DNA from: Octopus sinensis
Taxonomy: Eukaryota
Length of the DNA stretch: 64,000 bases
Direction: 5' to 3'
Assembly: GCF_006345805.1 (NCBI RefSeq)
Contig: NC_043022.1
Span: 12,834,001-12,898,000 of the forward strand
Positions 11,095-23,860 of this stretch are shown here, one piece after another. The translations under genes were made by a program, and so were the position numbers. A model generated the notes under the pieces. That model ran no database searches, was not told the DNA's origin, and saw only the letters and a program-made list of their open reading frames with translations. Numbering within the stretch: the stretch's first letter is position 1; each line of letters starts with the position of its first letter.

Positions 11095-12160
11095 TGGTGG
11101 TTGGGTAAGTAGCTTGCTTACCAACCACATGGTTCCGGGTTCAGTCCCACTGTGTGACACCTTGGGCAAGTGTCTTCTACTATAGCCATGTGAGTGGATT
11201 TGGTAGATGGAAACTGCAAGAAGCCTGTCGTATATATGTGTGTGTATATATATATATATATATATGTAGATCCAGATGAATATGGTACTTAAGTTGAGGC
11301 ACCAGAATTTAGTACACTATTATCCATGTAATTTCAAAATAAGGTGATTAAAACCAAAATAAGCAACAAGGATATCCAGAGGTAATGCAGTACGATCGTT
11401 TCATGCCACTCCATTTAATTGAAAAATACAATCATTTCATTACATCAATTTAATGGATAAGAGGATAAGGAGATAGACAAAGAACATATTTTACCAACAA
11501 TATCATAGTCCCTTTATCCTCTTGGAGATTTTAGGCAAAATTATACTAATGTGTCCATCTGTTCTAAATTAATTAAATTCTATGTCTTTGTGCAGCTGAA
11601 GATTGCTCTACATTTTAAATTGATGTAATGAAATGATTGCATTGTTCAATTACCTTGTTGCTTATTTCGAAACGTGGAGTAGATGAAACAAAGGCGATTG
11701 AAGAAGGGGGATTTTCCTTGTTTTGTATGTCCTGTACTCTATTTTTTCGTTAAGAAAAATGTCCATTTCCTTGGTTTTGTGTTTGTGTTTTCGTTTCTCA
11801 TTGTGTTCGACGTTTTTTTTTTGGTGTCCTGTACCCATATATGCATGTATATATACATGTAGAGGTAGGTACGTACATATATGTTTGTATATATGCATAT
11901 GTTTTATTTATTTATTAATTTATTTTATATATATATGTATATGTATGTATGTATGTATGTATATGTTTGTGTCTGTATTTGTCCCTCCAACATCGCTCGA
12001 CAACCGATGCTGGTGTGTATACGTCACCCGTAACTTAGCAGTTCGGCAAGAGAGACCGATAGAATAAGTATCTAGGCTTACAGAGAATAAGTCCTGGGGT
12101 CGATTTGCTCGACTTAAGGCCGTGCTCCAGCATGGCCGCAGTCAAATGACTGAAACAATT
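11095..12160 (+). mobile_element. SINE A split at its internal (TA)n by Penelope-like inserts (about 11268-11935)
   Basis: 5' half at 11095-11240 and 3' half at 11955-12160 with foreign sequence between. Confidence 0.75.
11268..11665. mobile_element. Penelope-like inverted pair carrying the two halves of a hammerhead
   Basis: AAATAAGCAACAAGG..CAATCATTTCATTACATCAATTT is inverted at 11617-11667; hammerhead halves at 11386-11416 (-) and 11591-11613 (+). Confidence 0.6.
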
Positions 12161-12183
12161 AATAGAATAAAAGAATATGTAAG

Positions 12184-12338
12184 GGCGGCGAACTGGCAGA
12201 ATTGTTAGCACGCCGGACGAAATGCTTAGCGATATTTTGTCTGCCGTTACGTTCTGGGTTCAAATTCCGCTGAGGTCGACTTTGCCTTTCATCCTTTCGG
12301 GGTCGATTAAATATGTCCCTGTAGGCAATAAAGAAATG
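12184..12338 (+). mobile_element. SINE family B with an internal deletion
   Basis: GGCGGCGAACTGGCAGAATTGTTAGCACG head; GCAATAAAGAAAT tail. Confidence 0.85.
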
Positions 12339-12362
12339 TGTATGTGTGTATGCGTGCACGTG

Positions 12363-12398
<36 letters not shown>

Positions 12399-12404
12399 AT
12401 AAAT

Positions 12405-12552
12405 GACCAATAATAACACAGGGTAAAATTAATTAATAACAAAGGGTAAAATTAATTAATAACAAAGGGTAAAATAATAACAAATTCATGCCGAATTCTA
12501 CTTGGTGAAATTATTGATTACTTCTTAATTAATTAATTTTACCCTTTGTTAT
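12405..12552. repeat. Short AT-rich element with a triplicated and inverted AATAACAAAGGGTAAAATTAATT terminus (related copy at 51000-51070)
   Basis: Unit of about 22 bp x3, then an inverted copy; the same sequence occurs at 51 kb. Confidence 0.6.
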
Positions 12553-13379
12553 ATATATATATATAATATAATTAGGGCTTAGTAAAATAAATTACTTTGC
12601 CACATACTGAACTTTCTAGAAATAGCAGCCAAAAAGTTTTTAGCCATTTCCACTACTTTAAGAAAACTTATCTCAGATAATGTTTGCTCAAAGATAACTC
12701 ACGAAGATATGGAGGTAAAAACAGTAAAATATAACTGATTCATCACTCGCGGCCATACGTAACGTTTCTGTTCAACTTTTAAATGCATTTATAATCCTGC
12801 AAACTGTTGCTCAGTTTCACGTAAACGTTCATCTTTATAGTTGTAAGAAGTAAAACACTGAGTAACAGATTCTGAAGGGGGTTTTGCGGTTTTGTTTTTT
12901 TTTAACCCTCAATAAAATACTATTTTATTCTACCTTTATACTATTTTTCTCCACCTCGTTTCGTACCTACACATATGTATTTGTATGTATGTACATGTGT
13001 ATATGTAAGCTCACATACACACACACAAATACACACACATACACACACATACACGCACACACACACACATGTACACACACGTACACACACACAAATACAC
13101 ACACATACACGCACGCACACACATACACACACACACACATATATATATATCGTTAAATAAGCGTAAAACAAGAAGGTAAAAAAATCGCTCAATACTTCAA
13201 TACTTTTAAGCAGTTCTCAAAAAAAGAAGCCTCCTCCTCCTCCTTCCCCTGCCCGTCGTCTCTCAATGTCAGAGCTCACCTCTCTTCCCCTCTCTTACGA
13301 CATATCTTACGACTAACATATCTTATTTTACAAAATGTTAACTGAATTTTTTTACAAGCAGACATCACAACTTTTCCTT

Positions 13380-14220
13380 GAGCATCTACGGTTGCTTCTT
13401 TTTCTTCTTCTTCTTCTTCTTCTATCTAACTACCTTTATCTCTCTCTCTTCTTCGTTGACTTTTCTACTTCAACCCCCCCCCATCTCCTTCTCTCTCTCT
13501 CTCTCTCTCGTATCTATATCTTTTCCTCTCTCATTCTATCCCTTTGTTTTCCTTCTCTCTCTCTCTCTCTCTCTTTCTCAGCTGTGTGTGTCCCTCTCAC
13601 ATACTTCTTTCTATCATTCTAATTCCTTTTCGTCCCCGTGTTTTCCTTTTAATCTATCGCTCTCTCCTCTTACCTATATAACTCTTTATCTATCTATCTA
13701 TTCATTAATATTTACAGAAGTAACTCAAGGGTCGAGAGTTTCGTGTGTCAGCACTGATCTATCTATCTGTCTATCTATTCCTATCTAAGCTTGCAGAGTC
13801 GTTAGCACGCCAGGCGAAATACGTAGCCGTATTTCGTCCGTCGTTACGTTCCGAGTTCAAATTCCGCCGAGGTCGACTTTGCCTTTCATCCTTTCGGGGT
13901 CGATAAATTAAGTACCAGTTACGCACTGAGGTCGATGTAATCAACTTAATCCCTTTGTTTGCCCCCTCTGTGTTTAGCCCCTTGCGGGTAGTAAAGAAAT
14001 ATATCTATTCCTATCTCGATCCAATATTCTCTTTTCTCTCCCTTTCTCTTAATCTGTCTTTCTCTTTCTCTCTCTCTCTCTCTTTCAACCTCTCCCACTC
14101 TTCCACCTTCCTTTCCCTCTCTAATTGTGCCTTCTCCCGTATACGAACCTCCCTCACTAACTGTTGCCCATCTCCTCAACCCACTCCTCACATTCAGTGA
14201 TCCCCTTTTTTTTCCTCCAC
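13380..14220 (+). repeat. (CT)n/pyrimidine-rich tract including a SINE B at 13790-14001
   Basis: Direct inspection. Confidence 0.8.
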
Positions 14221-14235
14221 CGCTTTAGTAGAAAG
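14198..14235 (+). other. Candidate non-coding or micro exon
   Basis: Perfect donor AAAG|GTAAGT at 14236; branch-like CACTAAC at about 14155 followed by a pyrimidine tract; the acceptor is ambiguous (14197, 14228 or 14231). Confidence 0.3.
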
Positions 14236-14689
14236 GTAAGTTAATTTGCAAACGTTATTTAGTGATAGTGGTGGTGGCGATGGTGGTGGTGGTGGTGGTG
14301 GTGGTGATCGCGTTGTAGTGGTGTTGGTGGTGATGATGATGATGATGGTGGTGGCTGCGGTGTAGCGGTGGCTGTAGTAACGGCGGTGGTGTGACAGATG
14401 TGATGGCTGTGTGTGTGTGTCTAGGGGCAGGTAGAGCGTTATAGGGACAGTGTGGGGGTGAAGATGGCGATGTACAGGTGGAGGTGCGGTGGTGATGGTG
14501 GTGAAGTGATGGCGGCGGTGATAGTGTTGCTGGATTGGTGGTTGTGGTGGTGGTGGTACGGATGGTGACGACGGTGGCTTATTTTGTTGTATCGTTTTAT
14601 ACAGACCACAACTGCAATAAAAACAACAGTAATTATTGTCAACTATACAGTGGCGATGGCCGGAGGAGGAAAGAAAGTGTGGGGTAGAG

Positions 14690-15630
14690 CGAATGAGACG
14701 GAGAGACAGAGAAACAAAAGCGATAGAGTAAGAGAGATAAGGAGAGAGAGAGAGAGAGGAAGGAAAAGTCGTAGAGAGTACGACAGAAAGAGAAAGCAAC
14801 AGAGAATGAATGATATATAGATGGGGAGGGTGGGAAGGAGTGAGAAGGAGAGATAGAGCAACAGACATAGAAAGGGTGAAAGAAAGAGACAGACAGATAG
14901 ACAGATGGATAGGCATGGAGAGAAAGGGGACGAAAAAGGAGAGACAGAGTGAGAGAAAGAGTAAGACATAAGTAAGTGAAAAGGATGAAGAGTGAGAGAG
15001 AGAGAGAGTGAAACAAATGCTGGAGATAGAGAAGAGAAAAGTAAAAGATTTAAATTTAGGAGAGAAAGAAAGAGAGAGAGAAAGAGTTAGTGAGTGAGTG
15101 AGAGCGAGTGACAAAAATGATAGACATAGGACTGAGTGTCTGAGAGAAAGAGAGAATCGATAGGGAATGACATAGAGAGAGAGAGAGACGTAGTGGAAGG
15201 GAGACAATCAGATTGAAAAGAACAGAGAGAGAGAGAAAGCAAAAGAAATGTAGAAAGAGGTGGAGGGAGAGTAACAGAGAGAGAAAGGAAGAGCTGAAAA
15301 TAGAAGAGAAAGGGGAGCGGAGAGAGGGCGGTAAAAAAAGAGGGAAGTGGAGAGAGAGAGGGAGAAATGAAGAGATAGAGAGGGTGCAGAAAGCCGGTGG
15401 CGAGAGAGATATATATACCATTAGAAAGAGAGGTGGACGTGGAGGCAGTTAGAGGGAGAGAGATGAAAAGAGAGAGGGGGTAGAGGTAGATCGAGAGAGA
15501 GATGAAGAGAATTTGAAAGAGAGAGCGGGAGAGTGGTGGAGAGAGGAATACCTAAAGGTGGGAATAGCGAGAAAGAAAGAGACAGAGATCGAGAGAGAGG
15601 GAGTGAATGAGAGTGTAAGTGCACAGAATA
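14690..15630 (+). repeat. Polypurine (GA)n-rich tract of about 0.95 kb
   Basis: Direct inspection; explains the overlapping L/S/F-rich ORFs. Confidence 0.85.
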
Positions 15631-16297
15631 AGGCGAAGTGAGGTGCGTGTGGTTTGCTCTCTCTCTCTCACACATGCACAAGACAAACCAGTCTTCCTTG
15701 GGTGTTATTATTGTTGTTAGACACACCGATGGCCTGTCTTCTTTTCTGTCTCTTCAACTACAGCATGGCTTCCAGCTAACTAAACTCGTGTCGACGGATT
15801 TTCTCTCTCTCATTAAACAATAGAATCGTGGTTTCTTTTGATATACACCTCGCTCAGAGATTTATTACCACACACACACACACATATATATATTAAGTAC
15901 ACAAACACACGCATACACTCACTCACACACACACATACGCGCGCGCGTATAAGCACGCACATACCTATATATATATATATATTATATATAAAGATGCGTG
16001 CATTTAATTCACCGATTGCGGGTGTTTTACGAAAACAACAGTAACGACAACAACATCGCTTTCCACCCTGGATAAAACTCAACAACCGTATTAATTAGTA
16101 GTCCACCCCGTCCGAGCACTAATAGCTCCTTTTGCGATACATGCTTGGACGTCCTTCCTTGATGTGAACAAGGTTCCCTCTATCTATATATATCTATCTT
16201 TCTATCTATCATTTACTATTTCTCTCCTCCACTCTCTCTCCTTATATATATATTTTTAATTACTATTTCTGTCTCTGTGGTTGCCTTGTCTTTAAAG

Positions 16298-16378
16298 GCC
16301 AATGTTTCAATTCTATGGATATGGCAGACAAATCCGATTCGCAAGAATGTCTTCCCGAGGTCGGCAAAGTTCAGAAAG
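16298..16378 (+). CDS. Candidate 5' coding exon of an unidentified gene (best reading from ATG 16315: MDMADKSDSQECLPEVGKVQK, phase 1)
   Basis: Acceptor ccttgtctttaaag|; donor AAAG|GTTAGT; 81 nt, open in all three frames; unique CpG-containing sequence; no domain recognised. Confidence 0.45.
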
Positions 16379-18413
16379 GTTAGTTGACCAGAAATTTCTT
16401 ATCTTTTTTTCTCATGTATTTATATATGTAGGTATATATATTTTTGATAGTTCATTCACACATGTTTAAAATCTGCTTCCAAATTCACATCGATGTTGTT
16501 GTTGTTCCTATTCATTTGTGTTCCTTTCACAATTCAGAGAAAATATCGACTTTTATTTATTTTCTTGTAATGTTTGGAGATTTTATTTTACGTTTTGTAT
16601 TTCGTTTAAAAAAAAAATATCGTCTTTCAATGTCTTTTGTGGGCCCTTGCGGCCTCAGTCTTAGCTTCGTAGGTACATATATATAGGTATGTGGGAATTA
16701 CAAAACCTGGGACCAATAAAACAAATTATTACATTTAATTAAATGATTAATAATTGCTGAAATCATTATGAAAATCTTGAGGGTCCCTTTTTTTATGTTC
16801 TGAGTTCAAATTCCGTCAATGTCAACTTTGCCTTCATCTCTTGATAAAATAAAGTACCACTCAAGTACTGAGTCAATGCTATTAACTAACCCCTTGCATT
16901 CAAAATTTCTGCCCTTGGGCCTATTATCGAGTTGGCAGACTCGTTAGTGCGTCGGACAAAATGCTTGGCGGCGTTACTGCCAACTCGTTACGTTTTGAGT
17001 TCAAATGCTGGCGAAGTCAACTTCACTTTTTATCCTTTCGGAGTTGATAAAATAAAGTACCAGTCAATTATTTCTGCTTGTTTTCACTCTGTTTTAAAGA
17101 AGCATGTGGTAGAGATAGTTGTATATATTTTGTTTGTTTTTTCACCCCTTTATTTTGATACCCTGCTGCAAGATTTAGTTTTAAGGAAACTGAAAGTTGT
17201 GACACTCATGCCTTTGTATCTTAAAAGAAAAGGGGAGGAGAGAGAGAAGTGGTTTGACAGGGAATCGAAACCGTCACGGCAGTACTGCTTCGTGTGACTG
17301 AACATATCTCACACACCAGAGATATAAATTCGGTTAAGAGTCGCAATCGCCTTAGAATACCTCGCCATAACAGTATTTGATGGGAAGAGGTTCCCTCGCG
17401 GATCAAAAACATTCCAGGCTCGACCATCTCGTCCTTTTTTTAAAAGATATGTAGAGCTACATTCTCTAATTGTATTCTTCGTTTAAGACGATAGGGTGGT
17501 GTGTGTCTGTGACTATGGGTGTTGTTACTACGTAGAGGAGGTACCTTTCTTTGGCTCGGATCGAATCTGTATGTAACTGAACACCAAGTCAGATCAAAGC
17601 GAAAGATCGCCTCTGATTGAATTGACCTATGATCAAAAGCGCTCCAACTATGACCATCATCTCTTTGTTTCCAGATATCGTGTATCAAATACATTATTCA
17701 ATGTAATCTTGGATATTTTTTTTTTAAAGATCGAGCTGTTATCTAGGGTAGATTTGGCTGTCTTTTCTAGCAAATTGATCGGCCACATAGAAGCTTCCTT
17801 GTTTGACTTGTGTCGGCAGATTAATTGTTTGTTCTGGTGAAATTGGTTTCGATTTCTCGGTAGAACCTCTTCGTTTTACGTCAGTTCTGACGTTTGGAAA
17901 AGCAGCAATGAATTCGTGTTATGTTAAACAGTCCTTACTGTTCGGTATTTATTGCTGAAATTAATTTATTGGAAATCATTAGGAATATTCCTGGTAACAT
18001 TACATCACAGGGTGCTTCTATCTTGTGATACTTAATCCTCGAGTTACGTTCTGTCGTCAGTGGGTATTCTTGTAGAATAGAGTCGGAAATTATTTAATAC
18101 GCTACAAACCTTGATTTCCTGGGATCTTTATGTTATAAGTATCGTAGATTTCGAAATTGCAAAGTACAGCACAAAAAAATTGTGTGGGAAAGTAGATTTT
18201 GTCCTCCACCCTTCCGGGAATTCTCAGTTTTAACTTTTCGAAAAAAAATTTTTTCAGATTTATATTACACTATAATTTTTGAAAGTTCGTAATCTTAAAA
18301 TGCTAAAAATATAAGCCTGAGTCGGAGCTAAAAAGATTACAGAAAAGGGGGACCTCTTTCTCTCATCTTTTCTCTTTTTTTCCTTTTTTTTTTCTTTCTG
18401 ATTCATCATCTAG

Positions 18414-18510
18414 GAATCTGCGTGAAAATGCAGACCCGAAGAAATTACTGATTTTGGCACACAGGATGATTTGTGGGATGGTCACATTCTGGAATACCTT
18501 TTGCTTGCAG
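18414..18510 (+). CDS. Candidate 97-nt exon
   Basis: About 45-nt T/C tract then TAG|; donor GCAG|GTATTC; one frame open (NLRENADPKKLLILAHRMICGMVTFWNTFCLQ). Confidence 0.3.
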
Positions 18511-19633
18511 GTATTCTAAATCGGGACTAATTTGGGTGCTTAAACAACAGCACTACCACTAACTACTACATGCGTCAGTCTGCCAGTCACCCTCCATCCG
18601 TTTACGAGATGGCTATCTATCTATCTACCCACCACCCTGATACACTACCTTCCTAATATTAAATATCGCAGCTGTTTGTAACCGTTTCCTGTCTTGAACT
18701 CCGCACCTCTTGCTTCAAACTGCGAGTAAATTAAGCCTGTTTACTTCAGCTGGCAATAAACAACCATCAGTTGTATTTCTGAGTGTTCCAACATTCCAAA
18801 CACGCCAATAATGACGGCAACAAATCGCCTAACTGCTTAGAAATTCCATCATGCATGGAGATTTCCGCGATCGATCCACAATAAACTGTGAATCAGTGGA
18901 CCTGTTTCGAGTTTTGCTCGCAGCAAATTCCTCCTCCCTCCTTGTTTGTCAGTGGTATTTATTCTTCGGGGTCGATTAAATAAGTACCAGTTACGCACTG
19001 GGATCGATATAATCGACTTAATCTGTTTGTCTGTCATTGTTTGTCCCCTCTCTATGTTTAGCCCCTTGTGGGCAATAAAGAAATAGGTATTTATTCTTCG
19101 TTTGAGGAAAGACATGCCATGAGCGGAAATACCCACCCTTTAAAGTATGTGAACTTCATAGAAAATGAGCAAATAGCCGTCATATTTTTCCTAATTACTT
19201 CCTATCGATAAAGATTTCTTTTTTCTAAAAAAAACTATTTTTCTTCCTAAGATGTCTAAATGCGGTAAGAAGAAAGTCTGGATGAGGTCAATTCCCAGAT
19301 TTTAATATCAGGAACATGTACATAAAACGAAACTAAAGACCCACTTAACGTCTATAATATAAGTCTTTAAAAAACTGGTTTCTGATTTGGACACAAGGAT
19401 TAGCTCTTTTTAAAATTTTTTTTTTAAGGAAAATGGATAGTCTGTACCACGGGCCTCAATACTCGGCTGGTACTTTCATTTTATCGACCCTATAGGGATA
19501 ATAGGCAAAATTAATCTCGTCGGGATTTGAACTCAAAATGCAAAAAAGCCGGTACGAATGACATCTTCCCAATCTCCAACGATTCGAGCAGCTCTCAATA
19601 ATACATTATCTTTTTTTATAGTATGACATATTA

Positions 19634-20138
19634 CACATTAGTACCCCTTTCGACTTTGTTTCTTCATAACTTTCTGAAAAATGCTTATTTTTTCATGAAA
19701 TTTTGCAGAGGGACTTTTTCGAGAATGTAGATTACAACGATGTTGATAAAATTTAGGAGGGAAAAAAAATAAAAGAACAGTTGTGGCTTCGGATCGGTCT
19801 CCCTCCTCTCTCACTCGACTTGTGACCACCAATTTCTGTAATTTAAGCATTTTAGCATTTGTTTTTTCTCCAGATTTATGTTTGAAACATCAACATTACG
19901 TATTATGCTGTCACGAAAACATTTCTGCAAAATGTCATTTAAAAATATACATCTTAAAAAGTAGGGAGGGAGAAGAATGACCGAAACAAATTCAAAAATG
20001 AAAAAAAGAATTCTTTTTAATATTGTCAACGTAGTCGTAAATATGCACCCTCGGAAACATCTCTTTGCAAAATTGCATGTAAAAATTGGAATTTTCCAAG
20101 AAGTTATGAGGAAACAAAGTCGAAGGGGTACTAATCTG
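19634..20138. mobile_element. Tc1/mariner-type MITE, 505 bp, long TIRs, TA TSD
   Basis: TA|CACATTAGTACCCCTTTCGACTTTGTTTCTTCATAACT ... AGTTATGAGGAAACAAAGTCGAAGGGGTACTAATCTG|TA. Confidence 0.85.
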
Positions 20139-21715
20139 TAGTTATGACCTTAGTACTCCCACTTGAAATTGATAAATCTTTAGAAATGTGTTTGTGGCAT
20201 TAATTAATGACATGGTTCGATTATTTGTTGTGGGTTCAAACCCTAAGGTTCACTTTGTATTTGGTCGGAGGTGTGTGTACAACCGGGGTTAGTTTGTTTG
20301 CGTCCTTGTAACTCAATAGAGCTGTTGAATTAGGTACCAAACTTACAAAAAATAAGTGCTGGAGTCGATTTATTCGACTAAACCCTTGAAGGCAGTGCTC
20401 CAGCAAGGCCGCAGTCTAATGACTGAAACAGGTAAAAAAAATAAAACACATACACACACAATTTATATGTTTGGTTCATTTTCTGTTTCTTCTTGAAACC
20501 CACCACCACCACCACCTCCTATCCTTTTCTTTTTCTACAAAAGCAAACATTTCTTGTAGCTGAGTCAACCTTTAAACACGGCTCGCAAAGCCATTAATAA
20601 ATAGTCATCATCTTAATAATAATAACAATCTTCTCTGATATAAGAAAATGCTTTCATAAACGAGGTGTGTGTGTGTGTAAAGGATCTTCAAAGAAGACGG
20701 GATGAGTATACGTCGCACTGTGTGTGTGTGTCAGGCTCCTAGCATGTGTGCAAACTCTGTGTGTATGTGTGAAGCTTTTAGAAGTGTGTGTTGGTGTGTA
20801 TGCCTGTTGGTGTGTATGCATGTCAGGCCCATACTGTGTATGTATCTCTTGGTGCATGTATAGATATCTACCTTGTTGATATCACATGTGCATGCCTGTT
20901 TTGTCAGCAGATTTGTGTACATTTTACTCAAGTGCGTGTGTGAATTATTTGTACTAACAATATATCCATTGAATAACAACACCCTGTTGGCGATACCCCC
21001 TTACGCATGATATCTACCTCTGTTTATATACATTGGCTTCTGAAATAAAATTAATTTTTTTTTTTTTTGGCCTTCTTCCTCAACACAAACTGTCATGACC
21101 AATTATTAGTACATCTTCATTTATTTCTTCCCATTACAGACAATAGGTGAAAGGTATAAGAAATCTATTTGGGTCTGTATTCAGCCTGTAGACTCTCAAT
21201 GTTGGAGTCCCGACGTTACGTACCTCTTTCCCTATTTTAAATAGCATCTCTAGGTCTTCCTCAAATCACACCCCCACGGGGCATCTTTTTATTATTATTG
21301 TTTTTAATAAAAAAAAAAAAAGGACGTTGGCAAATATAGTCCAGGGTACACGATGCTTGATAATGAATAAAAAAAAAACAAATGAAGTCGGTCATAGCTT
21401 GAGCGCATTTGATCATTAGGGGCTGACCCACTTTTTGCGTGAGGTAGTAAGATGCGTTGTTGTCAATTGAATCATCGATAGAAATTAACTGGGTACTTCG
21501 TCCCCAGTACCTCCCTCGGAGACAGAAAGGTGGGGGGCAAGCAGCGAGATTGCCTTCGTCTAGGTTGATGTTCCACTTGGGTCAACTTTGCTTGGATCTG
21601 GATTTGTTAAAACAGTAGCCAAACTTTACTTGTATCGCACCTTAACGACCATCTTAAAGAAATGAAAAAAATCAAATAGACATGATGGATGTGTGTAGTC
21701 TATTACACTTTTTAA

Positions 21716-22167
21716 AACTCTTTTACTTGTTTCAGTCATTTGACTGTGGCCATGCTGGAGCACCGCCTTTAGTCGAGCAAATCGACCCCAGGACTTATTC
21801 TTTGCAAGCCCAGTACTTATTCTATCGGCCTCTCTTGCCGAACCGCTGAGTTACGGGGACGTAAACACACCAGCATCGGTTGTCGAGCGATGTTCGTGTG
21901 TGTGTATGTTTGTGTGTCTGTGTTTGTCCCCCCAACATCGCTCGACAACCGATACTGGTGTGTTTACGTCCCCGTAACTATGTGTATATATATATACACA
22001 CATACATACATACGACGGGCTTCTTTCAGTTTCCGTCTACCAAATCCACTCACAAGGCTTTGGTCGGCCCGAGGCTATAGTAGAAGACACTTGCCCAAGG
22101 TGCCACGCAGTGGGACTGAACGCGGAACCATGTGGTTGGTAAGCAAGCTTCTTACCACACAGCCACT
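21716..22167 (-). mobile_element. SINE family A with an internal inverted duplication
   Basis: 45-bp arms at 21850-21894 and 21934-21978. Confidence 0.85.
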
Positions 22168-23234
22168 CTGTTTATATACATTAGCTTCTAAAAAATTTCT
22201 GAAAAAAACAAAAAAAAAAAAAACAATGGCGAAACTTTTGTTGTAAGCGGAATGCGTTTTGATGGTAGGTCTGCTGGGTGAGGACTGACCTCTAGCTAAA
22301 CAATAGCTAACACGTGTGTGTTGTATATAAATACAAAACCCACACATAGCTGACTGGAAGACTTGCACTGGCACACACAGTATACATACATTCTTACACA
22401 TGCAAACAGGTACATTACGTATACACTGCATAAGCAGCATGTTTTGCTGTCTTTGTTTCAACACCAAACAAGTTTCACAATAACAAGATACGTGTGTGTG
22501 TGTAAACGAAAATGAACCCACACACACACAGGAGCCGTCTTAGCAATGTAGGTCCTTCGGGTCCTCTGGTATTTACTAACTACAAGTCACAGTGAACAGG
22601 TCGCGGTCTTAAAGCGACGAAAATATTTTTTGACAAATTAAACTTAAATGTTGAAGTGAATCGAACGGCTTTTGTGTGTTTCTTAAATGGCTTACAAACA
22701 CCTTCCACGCTGCAATTGTTTTTCGTTTCGGCACACGATCTCAGATCAGGTCACTTGCTATGCAAGTACATCTCCGTAAGTCACAGCATTACTTAGATCA
22801 GAATTAGGCCCCTCCCTAGCCCCGTCAGACCTTGGGTATGTCCAAGGCTTAAGACGACATTGTATATACATACAGTGTAGAGTAGCTCCAACAGCAGAAA
22901 CTAATATTTTTTATATATTTAATTCTTGCCTAAGAATTACCTGCAGGTTACGTATATGTGGAACACTCAGTCACATAGACGTTAATTTAGGAATAGTTTG
23001 ATGGAACGGCGGAGATCCCCACCACCACATTTTCTACACATACTATATGTATGCATGTGTGTGTATATGTGTGTGTATGAACAGTTGTTGTACCTTACTA
23101 AAACTATCAGTAGTCCTGTCATACACTCTACTAACCTGCTGCTTGTCACACCGTGTGTACAACGCACCTACATGTATACACACGTTTCATATAAAGACTA
23201 CAATTGAGACGAAGTGGTGGCGACATTGCCTCGT

Positions 23235-23860
23235 TTGATGGTGGTGGCGGTGGTGATGGTGGTGTTGATGACGGGGTGTTTTTTGTGATGGTGGTGACGG
23301 CGGCGCTGTTGATGATGACAGTGGTGGCGGCGTTGTTGTCGAAGGTGGAGGTGATGGTGGTGTTGATGACGGGGTGTTTTTTATGGTGGTGGTGACGGCG
23401 GCGCTGTTGTTGATGATGACGGTGGTGGTGGCGGCGTTGTTGTCGAAGGTGATGGTGGTGTTGATGACGGGGTGTTTTTTATGGTGGTGGTGACGGCGGC
23501 GCTGTTGTTGATGATGACGGTGGTGGTGGCGGCGTTGTTGTCGAAGGTGGTGATGGTGGTGTTGATGACGGGGTGTTTTTTATGGTGGTGGTGGCGGCGG
23601 CGCTGTGTTGATGATGACGGTGGTGGTGGCGGCGGCGTTGTTGTCGAAGGTGGCGATGGTGGTGTTGACGACGGGGTGTTTTTTATGGTGGTGGTGACGG
23701 CGGCGCTGTTGTTGATGATGACGGTGGTGGTGGCGGCGTTGTTGTCGAAGGTGGCGATGGTGGTGTTGACGACGGGGTGTTTTTTATGGTGGTGGTGACG
23801 GTGGTGGCGGCGGCGTTGTCGTCGAGGTTGGTGGTGGTGGTGGTGGTGGCGGCAGTGCAG
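23235..23860. repeat. Minisatellite of about 100-bp units (x6) built from GGT/GAT/GGC triplets
   Basis: Anchor ACGGGGTGTTTTTT at 23271, 23369, 23467, 23568, 23671, 23772. Confidence 0.85.

Noticed and set aside
17221-17427. ORF containing PGMFLIRE, resembling the SH2 FLIRES motif
   Set aside because: No upstream W/Y-H-G element or downstream SH2 strands, and no splice context; the short match is likely chance
17560-17660. GATC-rich stretch reminiscent of the 7SK 5' stem
   Set aside because: The pairing does not extend, and the sequence matches the degenerate dispersed repeat family D
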